Assembly (NCBI GenBank): GCA_965223545.1
Contig: OZ245006.1
Span: 3,168,001-3,232,000, forward strand
Length of the DNA stretch: 64,000 nucleotides
Source of the DNA: Planctomycetota bacterium
GTDB lineage: Bacteria > Planctomycetota > UBA1135 > UBA2386
Direction of reading: 5' to 3'
Position numbers and translations under genes: made by a program
Notes under the pieces: model-generated
Told to the model about the DNA's origin: nothing
What the model saw: the letters and a program-made list of their open reading frames with translations, nothing else
Databases searched by the model: none
Part shown: positions 49,309-57,088 of the stretch, one piece after another
Numbering within the stretch: position 1 is the stretch's first letter
Layout of the letters: each line of letters begins with the position of its first letter

Positions 49309-49378
49309 CACCGACGACAGCGGTCCAAGACGAGGCACGGGGTGCGACCGCCGCCGACGGTGACGGAGCTGAGGCGAG
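49309..49378 (-). repeat. REPIN-like hairpin, copy 2 (inverted; its 3' arm continues at 47260-47275 after the intron)
   Basis: Reverse complement cagctccgtcaccgtcggcggcggtc-gcaccccgtgcctcgtcttg-gaccgctgtcgtcggtg|atgg matches copy 1. Confidence 0.88.
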
Positions 49379-49494
49379 TGCGCTCCACTCCGCGACGAAA
49401 ACCGCAATCTTGATTCCGCTACCTTCAGTCCCAGAGGGCCAGGCCATCAAACACGACCGGGACCGCCGCCAGCTCTCGATCCAGAGGCCGAGGG
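49369..49494 (+). repeat. Direct repeat, copy 2 (lacks the 88-bp hairpin insert of copy 1)
   Basis: Here …gaccgccgcc is joined directly to agctctcgatccagaggccgaggg. Confidence 0.9.
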
Positions 49495-49509
49495 CTTCCG
49501 GAGGCGGGA

Positions 49510-49950
49510 CTACTCACCATGGTTGACGCTCGGCTCCGGCAGGCGCGCCAGCAGCGCGTCGGGCGTCGTCGCCAACAGCGTCCCGTCAGCGTCGGTGGTC
49601 GCCAACACGGTCGTCGCCCGCGCGCTCCACCGGTCCACCTCGGGGTTGCGGACGTCGTAGCTGATGCGAATCAGCGGCGAGACCTGGCCGAACCACGCGG
49701 TTACGTGCACTGGGTCGCCGTAGTGCAGAGGCGCCATGTAGCGGCACTTCGCCTCGACGACGTACATGCGGAAGCCGAGCTCGCGGATCTGGTGCACTTC
49801 GAGATCGACGCTGGCGAACAGGGCGGCGCGGGCGACTTCCAGCCACTCGAAGTAGCGGCCGTGCCAGGCGACGTTCAGCGGGTCGCAGTGGTGGAACGAC
49901 ACGCGGGTCGTGCTGAGGATGGCGTGTTCCGGGCGTCGGATGCGCGTCAC
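49510..49950 (-). CDS. Acyl-CoA/ACP thioesterase (4HBT hotdog, ApeK-like)
   Basis: FHHCDPLNVAWHGRYFEWLEVAR, CRYMAPLHYGD. Confidence 0.88.
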   Translation of the reverse strand: MTRIRRPEHAILSTTRVSFHHCDPLNVAWHGRYFEWLEVARAALFASVDLEVHQIRELGFRMYVVEAKCRYMAPLHYGDPVHVTAWFGQVSPLIRISYDVRNPEVDRWSARATTVLATTDADGTLLATTPDALLARLPEPSVNHGE

Positions 49951-49958
49951 AACAGGAT

Positions 49959-51206
49959 CTAGTTCAGGTGGGCCCAGATGGCGTCCGCGATCAGCGCCGC
50001 CTTGGCGTGGATGCCACGGTCGTTCATGTGCCCCAGGTCGAGGAACACATCGGAGTAGTCCGCCAGCATCGCGGCGTCGAGGTCGACGAACAACACCGCG
50101 TCGCCATAGCTTTCGGCGATCTCGCGCATGCGCTGGTTGCACTGCTCGACGTGCGCCTTCTGTGGTTCACCGATCTCTGGCGCTCGGTTGTACGGCTGCG
50201 TGGTGAGCACCGGAACCACGCCGCGCGCCAGAGCGAGGTCGGCAAAGGTGCGCACGTTGCGCTCGTACCACCGGAGATCCTCCATACGTTCGCGCTTCGC
50301 ACCGGCATAGCGAACGTCACCGCGCATCGCCGCTGCACCAATCCAGCCCCACGCCGGAGTCTCGAACCAGGCGTCCTGCAGACCGCGGTAGATCACACTC
50401 GCACGCAGCAACCAGCGATCGGGAATCGGCGGCATCGAGAACCGGCGGAGCACATGGCTGTAGTCGGAGCGGGCCTCGGCCCGCACGTCCCGCACCCTTC
50501 CGTCGTTCCACGCGTGGTGGAACACGACGTAGTCGGGCGAGAACCACAGGCCGTTCAAGACGAGATTCACCAGCGAATGGGCGCTCGTGTAGTAGCCGAT
50601 GCCGAAATTGAAGGCTTGCACCTCGGTGCGGCCGCGCACCGGACCGTTCTCATCGAGCGCTCGTTGCAGTCGGGCCCGCGCGATGTCCGGGAACCCCGTC
50701 GCCGTGGTCGAGCCACCGTGGCACACGACGCGCAAGACATGCGCCGGCTTGTCTCGCTCGTGCATCGGACCGAGGAAGCCGAGCTCGTTGAAAGGGGTCG
50801 GCCACCGCATCTGCGCACTGTCCTGCGGCCGGGCCTTGGGCCGGCCGGTGAACTGCAAGAACGGGTGGGCCTGGAACACCACGAGGTCGGGATAGGTCCG
50901 CGCCGAGAGGTCGAGCAAGTGCTGGCGCAGCTCCGGGTCGCGCGCCATCACGACGCGCGCCGTCAGCTCGATGCCGACCAGCAGCAACAGCGGCAATCCG
51001 GCGGCCGCCAGCCGGCCGCCGGACGGACGGCGCCAAACGGCCCAGGCCCACGCCAGACAGAGCGCTGCGCCACACCACAGCGGAAGCCGCTCGGCGGAAT
51101 GCAGCGGTCCCATCGCCACCGTGCGCTCGGCCACGGGAGGCATCAGCAGGATGCCGGCCATCCCGCCGATCACCGCGATGCCGCGCAACAGCGCTCGACG
51201 ACTCAT
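49959..51206 (-). CDS. Membrane-anchored SGNH/GDSL hydrolase-family protein
   Basis: Three N-terminal TMs, block I GGSTT, block II NFGIG, block III AWND, block V DLGH. Confidence 0.8.
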   Translation of the reverse strand: MSRRALLRGIAVIGGMAGILLMPPVAERTVAMGPLHSAERLPLWCGAALCLAWAWAVWRRPSGGRLAAAGLPLLLLVGIELTARVVMARDPELRQHLLDLSARTYPDLVVFQAHPFLQFTGRPKARPQDSAQMRWPTPFNELGFLGPMHERDKPAHVLRVVCHGGSTTATGFPDIARARLQRALDENGPVRGRTEVQAFNFGIGYYTSAHSLVNLVLNGLWFSPDYVVFHHAWNDGRVRDVRAEARSDYSHVLRRFSMPPIPDRWLLRASVIYRGLQDAWFETPAWGWIGAAAMRGDVRYAGAKRERMEDLRWYERNVRTFADLALARGVVPVLTTQPYNRAPEIGEPQKAHVEQCNQRMREIAESYGDAVLFVDLDAAMLADYSDVFLDLGHMNDRGIHAKAALIADAIWAHLN

Positions 51207-51294
51207 CTCGCGCGGAGCATTCGACACAACCACGGCATCGAGACGATCATATGCCGAGCTCGGCAGTCGTGAGACCGAGCCGGCGCACCATGCG

Positions 51295-52197
51295 CTGATC
51301 GCCATCCTGCCGTGGCATCACCGCTACCTCGCCGCTGCCGTCGGGACGCTGGTCGTCGCCAGTGCCTATTGGACCCACCAGCTCGGCCTGACTCTCCTCC
51401 CGGGCTGGGTCGCGCTCAGCGTGTGGGCCGGGCATCGTCAGGGTGCGCCAACCACTCTTGGCACGGTCTTGCTGCTGCTCGCCGCCTACACCGCCGCCGT
51501 CACGCTCGCATTCGCTGCTCCCGCCTGGCGGCACGGCCTCGACGTCACTCCCTCGCTGGCAGCGGCCAGCGGGCATCTCCGACTTCTCGCCGCCGGCGAC
51601 CAGTCGTGGCTCGACGTGCTGTGGCACGGGTGGCTATGGCCGAACGCCGGCATCGTCGGGCTGGCACTCGCCTGCGCATTCCGGTCCGCGGCAGGCGCGC
51701 CAGCCGCGGTCTTCGTGCTGCCGTTGGTGGCCACCGGCATCGTCAGCGGCGCCCTCGAACACGGCGGCTACTCGGTGGGAGCTCTGCCGATGCTGGGCTT
51801 GATGGTGGCACACGGCCGTTGGCGCACCGCGGTCTGGGGGACGTCGGTCGGCTGCGCCCTGGTCGCGCAAGGGTGGCTGGCGCACGGCCACCTCGAACGC
51901 TGGAACGCCCCGGCGAGCGCAACCGAGGCGCAGCAGCGCGTCCCCCGGCTGATCGCCGCCGTCGAGGGAGACGAACCTCCGCAGCGGATGGTTTCGACGA
52001 TCTGTGCGCACATCGATCTCATCCTCGAGCGAGGCGGTCGGGTCGGCTGGGACCTCGGCTTCGCGCGGCACCTCGAACACTTCCCGCGCGCCACGCCGTA
52101 TGCCACCGCGCTGAGTGCCGCGATAGAGAGTCGTTACCGCACCGAGCACCACGCGCACGACACGTGGCCGCTGCTACTCGTCTCCGCGCTGCGGTGA
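51295..52197 (+). pseudogene. Polytopic membrane protein, apparently 5'-truncated remnant
   Basis: Long open frame with several TM segments. No in-frame ATG after the divergent SGNH gene start (ATGs at 51251 and 51290 are out of frame and hit a TGA). Confidence 0.4.
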
Positions 52198-53103
52198 GAC
52201 ATCCGGCGACGGTGCCTGCCAGAAGTCGAAGAAGTTGAACCAGTTGTCCGGCGCCGAACGGGCGTAGACCTGCAAGCGGTCGGCGTAGCGCTGCACGACC
52301 TCGGCCAAGCACTCTTCGCGCCGCGCGCGCGGCAGCTCGATCACGTCGGCGAACGGCTCGCAGTGCAGGTCGTACCGATTGGGCTCGCGATACAGCCCGA
52401 AGACCAGGTAGACCGGGCAGCGCAACAGCGATGCCAACAGGAACGGGCCGGCGGGAAAGCTGGCCTCGTCACCGAAGAACCGGGCGCGGACGGTGCGCTC
52501 GTTCAAGCCGACGCGATCGCCCAAGATGGCCACCAGGTCACCGGCATCGACGCGCTCCTTCACCTTGACCATCGAACCGACGAGGTCGTCGCCGAGGTGG
52601 ATGACGCGCGCGGCCTGCTCGGGATTCAGCGCCTCGAGCAGGCTGTTGATCATCTTCGCGTTCTTGAAGTAGCCGAGGATGTGGATCGGCACGCGGTCGG
52701 CATCGCCGCCCGCCCGCATCGCCTCGAAGCTGCCGAGGTGGGCGCCGAGCAACACCGCGCCCCGGCCGGCGTCGGTCTGCCGCCGCAGGTGTTCGTCCCC
52801 GGTCCGCGTGAAGCGCAGGGCGCCGACCCGGCCGCTAGCGAGGAACACCCGGTCCATGGTGGCCTGGGCGAACGTCCTGATATGACGGTACACCTGCCAA
52901 AACCCGGGCGGCGCCCCGTGCACCCGTTCGAGCCACGCCTTCGAGCTCGCGACCGCGCGTCGATCGAACAGCCTGTAGTAGAGCGCGACGCCCCACACCA
53001 CGAGTCGCATGGCGCGACGACCGAGCAAGGTCGCGAGCCGATAGGTCACGCGGATCAAGAGCAAGGTCCCGCGCTCGCCCTGGCTCAACCAGGTGTCGCT
53101 CAC
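52174..53103 (-). CDS. LpxL-like lipid acyltransferase
   Basis: W..QGERG start, GAHLGSFE, ILGDR, APDNWFNFFDFW. Confidence 0.9.
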   Translation of the reverse strand: MSDTWLSQGERGTLLLIRVTYRLATLLGRRAMRLVVWGVALYYRLFDRRAVASSKAWLERVHGAPPGFWQVYRHIRTFAQATMDRVFLASGRVGALRFTRTGDEHLRRQTDAGRGAVLLGAHLGSFEAMRAGGDADRVPIHILGYFKNAKMINSLLEALNPEQAARVIHLGDDLVGSMVKVKERVDAGDLVAILGDRVGLNERTVRARFFGDEASFPAGPFLLASLLRCPVYLVFGLYREPNRYDLHCEPFADVIELPRARREECLAEVVQRYADRLQVYARSAPDNWFNFFDFWQAPSPDVSPQRGDE

Positions 53104-53861
53104 CCGGCGTCCGCGGTCCGGCGCCGCCCGGTGACCGAGTCCCAGAGCCAACCCACCGAGCCCGCCGTGCAGAGCCGAGCATGCAGCCAGGCGAACGCGA
53201 GGTTGTCGCGCAGCGGCCGAAAGTGGGACACGCCGCCCGCCTCCGGGGTCAAGTAGCGCACCGCCACCGGCAAGTTGACCACCGGAGTGCCACAGCGGAC
53301 GAGCCGGACGATCACCTCGACGTCGAAGCCCATCCGGTCCCCCGTGCGCCCCAGCCGTTCGACGGCGGCCAACGGATAGACGCGAAAGCCGATCATCGCA
53401 TCCGCCACCGTCACCTGCCGGCCGACCTCGAGGGCGACCCACATCGTCGTGAACCGCCGCCCCACGGCACGGACGCGCGGCACGGTCTCATCGTACTGAG
53501 GGTAGCCCAGCACCAGCGCTTCCGGTGCCGCGCGCGCCGCCGCGACGAACTCCGGCACGCGGCCGAGATCGTGCTGTCCATCGGCATCGACCTGCAGCGC
53601 GTGGCTGAACCCGAGCTCGCGCGCCACCGCAAACCCAGTCTTCACCGCGGCTCCCTTGCCGCGGTTGCGGTCGTGGCGGCGCACCGTCGCCGCCCCCGAG
53701 GCGCCGAGCGCGGCACACGCCGCTCGCCCCTCGGCGGCACTACCGTCGTCGATCAGGACGACGGCGAGGCCGTGGGCACCGAGGGTTTCGACGACCGCGG
53801 CGACCGTGCGAGGGTTGTCGTAGGTCGGCACCACCGCGCACACTTCGACCACCGAGCTCAT
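53100..53861 (-). CDS. Glycosyltransferase family 2 (ApeJ-like)
   Basis: VVPTYDN, IDDGS, NRGKGAA, QVDADGQH, GFRVYPL, SHFRPLRDN. Confidence 0.92.
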   Translation of the reverse strand: MSSVVEVCAVVPTYDNPRTVAAVVETLGAHGLAVVLIDDGSAAEGRAACAALGASGAATVRRHDRNRGKGAAVKTGFAVARELGFSHALQVDADGQHDLGRVPEFVAAARAAPEALVLGYPQYDETVPRVRAVGRRFTTMWVALEVGRQVTVADAMIGFRVYPLAAVERLGRTGDRMGFDVEVIVRLVRCGTPVVNLPVAVRYLTPEAGGVSHFRPLRDNLAFAWLHARLCTAGSVGWLWDSVTGRRRTADAG

Positions 53862-55258
53862 CCCGGGTGCACCTCGTCGACGGTGGCCGGCGCGGTGTCG
53901 ACGCTGGCAAACTCGAGCCGCCCGAAGCTGCAGCGCGTCGCAGCACGGCGGACGCAGAACTCGACGCGGCCGGAGCCGGGCGGCGCGAGGACCGCGACCG
54001 TCAGCGTGTCCCCGGGTGCAATGCGCGCCGCGAACTTCAGCCCGTTGAGTCGACGCAAGTCGCCGAGCGCCGGGTTGGCCCGCCGCACACACGGCAAGAC
54101 GAGCTCGTGGAGCTGCACGGCGCCGGCGAGAACGGGATAACCACTGAAGTGGCCGGCGAAGAACGCGTAGCGGGGCGGAACATGCACGCGGTAGCACTGC
54201 CAGCCCGCTCCGAGGGCCGACGCATCGGCCGGCGCCGGCTCGAAACGCAGCGCGCACGTCAAGCGCACTCCGGTCCGGTCGCGGTGGCAAGCCGCCAGAA
54301 CCGCGTTGCGCTGCGGACGCCCGTTGGCGTCCCGTGCGATCTCGGCAACCTCGTGCACGGCAACCGCGCCGGCTTTTTGCATCGCGGCCAGCCGGGCGCG
54401 GACCGCGTCACCTTTGGCGCCAGCCGACTCCGAATCGCCAACGACGGCGACGGCGTGGCCGGCGTCGGCCTCCGCGCTGAGACGCAGCGCCACCGCGTCG
54501 GCGATCCCATCGACTTCGAGCGCCGCGCCGGCGAGGGCGTCGGCCACCGGCTCGCGGTGCGCCGGCGGCACCAACTCCGCGAGCGACGAGACCGACCGCA
54601 CGCCGACTGCTCCGGCACGGGGATCGCCCGTCACGGCGCCCGTCACGCGGCCGGCTTCGCGCAGCGGGATCAACAGCGCCGCGACCAGCGCCGGCGGGTA
54701 CATCGGACACAACGCGCGCGCTGCCGCCCGCGACTCCGCCGTCGCGCCCGCGCGCACGTCCTCGATGCACCGGCGGGTCGCGGCGACGCTGTACGCGTCG
54801 GATCGCAGGGCGCCTTGCCAGTCGAGGGCGAACCCCGTCCACGCGACCTCGTCGCCGGCACCCGGCGCAGCGGCCGCCACGGCCGAGAATCGCGATCCGT
54901 CTCGCAGCAGCCCGGGGACGTAGTGCCCGCGGCCGGCACCGGTGTCGTGCAAGAACTCGACGACCTCCTCGCGCGCCAACACCGGAGCCACGACGACGCG
55001 ACTGGCCGTCTCCGGCAGCGCGGCGGCGTGACCCGCCAACCACGTGCCCAGCAGCGCGACGGCGAACGCGTGTCGATCGCGCTCGAAGGCGAACGCGACG
55101 TGAGATCCCGGCCGCGGGGCCGGCAGCACCGCGGCCACTGCCGCCGCCTGCGCCAAGAGCTCGGTGACGGTCACCGTGCCGCCGGCGCTGCCCTCCAAGA
55201 CCGCGTCGCCACTTGCCCGCAAGAGCCAGAACGGCAAGCCCCGCAACCCCTCGGTCAC
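53858..55258 (-). CDS. Degenerate adenylation-like domain fused to FabZ/ApeI-like dehydratase
   Basis: DRHAFAVALLGTW N-terminus, I.RDANGR, C-terminal FFAGHFSGYPVLAGAVQL…LKFAARIAPGD. Confidence 0.75.
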   Translation of the reverse strand: MTEGLRGLPFWLLRASGDAVLEGSAGGTVTVTELLAQAAAVAAVLPAPRPGSHVAFAFERDRHAFAVALLGTWLAGHAAALPETASRVVVAPVLAREEVVEFLHDTGAGRGHYVPGLLRDGSRFSAVAAAAPGAGDEVAWTGFALDWQGALRSDAYSVAATRRCIEDVRAGATAESRAAARALCPMYPPALVAALLIPLREAGRVTGAVTGDPRAGAVGVRSVSSLAELVPPAHREPVADALAGAALEVDGIADAVALRLSAEADAGHAVAVVGDSESAGAKGDAVRARLAAMQKAGAVAVHEVAEIARDANGRPQRNAVLAACHRDRTGVRLTCALRFEPAPADASALGAGWQCYRVHVPPRYAFFAGHFSGYPVLAGAVQLHELVLPCVRRANPALGDLRRLNGLKFAARIAPGDTLTVAVLAPPGSGRVEFCVRRAATRCSFGRLEFASVDTAPATVDEVHPG

Positions 55259-55866
55259 GACTCGCGGACCTTTGGCCGGGCGACCGGCCGCGGAAACCGC
55301 TGGCGGCGCAACCACCACTCGAGCAGCAGCAGGCCGCCGATCAGGCCGTAAGCCAGCATGCCGTTGTACAGCGCCCACCAAGACACCGGCGCCCAAGCAC
55401 CGAGCGCCAACGCGATCGCGCCGTTGACCACGAAGAAGCCGCACCAGATCCGCGTCCATCCGCGACACCACGCGCGCTGCTCGAGACTCAACGACGGCTC
55501 CTGCAACCTCGCGAAGCGCTCGATCATCGGCACCGAGCCAGCGCGCAACGTCGCGCCGAACGACAGCAACAGAACGGCGTTGACGGCGACAGGGACGGCG
55601 AGCATGAAGCCCATCCGGTCGAGCGCGGCGGCGGACGCCAGCGCGGCAATCGTGACCAGAGGGACGAGGGCGATTCCGCCCACCGGGCTTCGGGCCGCGC
55701 GCCCCCGCAGCAGTGCCGCCGGCACCAGCAGACCGAGCAGCACCAAGGCCGTCCACCGCGGGCCGCGCGCGGTCAGCCCCCACCAGACGAGAACCGGATA
55801 GGCGACCAATACGCAGCCGGCCGCGACTCGAATCAGGCGCGACGCTGGCGTTGGCGTCGACCCCAC
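55255..55866 (-). CDS. COG4648-type membrane protein (APE-cluster associated)
   Basis: VAYPVLV, PVAVNA, FGATL…PMIERFARL, TRIWCGFFVVNG, WALYNG. Confidence 0.85.
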   Translation of the reverse strand: MGSTPTPASRLIRVAAGCVLVAYPVLVWWGLTARGPRWTALVLLGLLVPAALLRGRAARSPVGGIALVPLVTIAALASAAALDRMGFMLAVPVAVNAVLLLSFGATLRAGSVPMIERFARLQEPSLSLEQRAWCRGWTRIWCGFFVVNGAIALALGAWAPVSWWALYNGMLAYGLIGGLLLLEWWLRRQRFPRPVARPKVRES

Positions 55867-55875
55867 GTCACGACC

Positions 55876-56190
55876 TCACGACAGCTCCGACGCCGACGCA
55901 CCAGAAGCCGGTGAGCCGGCGGGATCGGCCGCCGCCTGCCGGCTGCGGATGAACTCGGCGAGCGACTTCACCGAGTAGTAGTAGTCGCGGTTGCGCTCGT
56001 CGTTCTCCTCGGTCTTGACCCCGAACTCGGTATGGAACGCGAGGGCCAGCTCGAGGGCGTCGATCGAATCCAGCCCGAGCCCCTCCCCGAACAGCGGCGC
56101 GTCGGTCTCGATGCTCGCCGGCTCGACGTCTTCGAGGCCGAGCGTATCGACGATGATGTGCTTGATGCGGTCTTCGAGCTGGTCTGACAT
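55876..56190 (-). CDS. Acyl carrier protein
   Basis: LFGEGLGLDSIDALEL phosphopantetheine-Ser motif, acidic composition. Confidence 0.95.
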   Translation of the reverse strand: MSDQLEDRIKHIIVDTLGLEDVEPASIETDAPLFGEGLGLDSIDALELALAFHTEFGVKTEENDERNRDYYYSVKSLAEFIRSRQAAADPAGSPASGASASELS

Positions 56191-56231
56191 GGGCTGATCT
56201 CGTTCGTTGGGTGTTCTCGGTTGGATCCTGA

Positions 56232-57035
56232 TCAGGCGGCAGTCGACGCACCTCTCTGCCAGTCCACGTATCGGGCGGCGACCCGGTCCCGCAAGCCGCG
56301 GCTACCGTCTTCGAACGACGCCGGCGGATCAACCGCCAGCAGGGCCAGCCGCAATCTCGGCGTCGCGCGGGGCGGTCGGAACAACGGCACGTCCTTCGAC
56401 AAGTAGACCGGATCACAGCGCACGGTCAACGAGACCACGGGGACCCGCGCCTGGCAGGCGATCTCGAACGGCGTCCGCGCGAAGCCGTGCAGCCCGCCCG
56501 CCGGCGAACGCGTCCCCTCCGGAAAGACGATCACCGAGAAGCCGGATCGCAACCGCTCGACCGCGGCCTGCACCACGCGCTGGATCGCCACGACGTCGGT
56601 TCCCGGTCCCTCCACGTGTCCGGCACCGACCAACAAGCGGTGCATCAGCCAGCGGCGATAGACCGCCGGCTTGACGATCGTGCAGCCACCGCCCAGCGTG
56701 GCGGTGATCGCCGTGATGTCCATCAGGGTCGGGTGGTTGGCGACGACGACGCACGGTCCTTCCGGCATGCCGGCGAGGCCGCGGCGATGGTCGAAGTCGG
56801 CGATCCGCAACACGCGGAGCCAATCGTGCATCAGCCGATAGGCGACCACCGTGACGCGCTGCAGCCGGCGTGCCCGACGGTTTGGATCTGCGCGCCACAG
56901 CGCGCACAGCACGGCGAAGCCGGCCCAGCCGAACGGAGCGATCACCGCGTAGACTCCGACGGTCAGCACTACGGCCAGCTTGCGCACCGGATACGCCCAC
57001 GCATCCCGAGTCTGGAGTTGGGCGGCGTTCGGCAT
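56232..57035 (-). CDS. Lysophospholipid (PlsC-like) acyltransferase
   Basis: ANHPTLMD (HX4D), FPEGTRS. Confidence 0.92.
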   Translation of the reverse strand: MPNAAQLQTRDAWAYPVRKLAVVLTVGVYAVIAPFGWAGFAVLCALWRADPNRRARRLQRVTVVAYRLMHDWLRVLRIADFDHRRGLAGMPEGPCVVVANHPTLMDITAITATLGGGCTIVKPAVYRRWLMHRLLVGAGHVEGPGTDVVAIQRVVQAAVERLRSGFSVIVFPEGTRSPAGGLHGFARTPFEIACQARVPVVSLTVRCDPVYLSKDVPLFRPPRATPRLRLALLAVDPPASFEDGSRGLRDRVAARYVDWQRGASTAA

Positions 57036-57088
57036 GGCAGTAGGATGCGGCCCCGCGCGGGCGACCGCATCGACTCTATCCCACGCCG

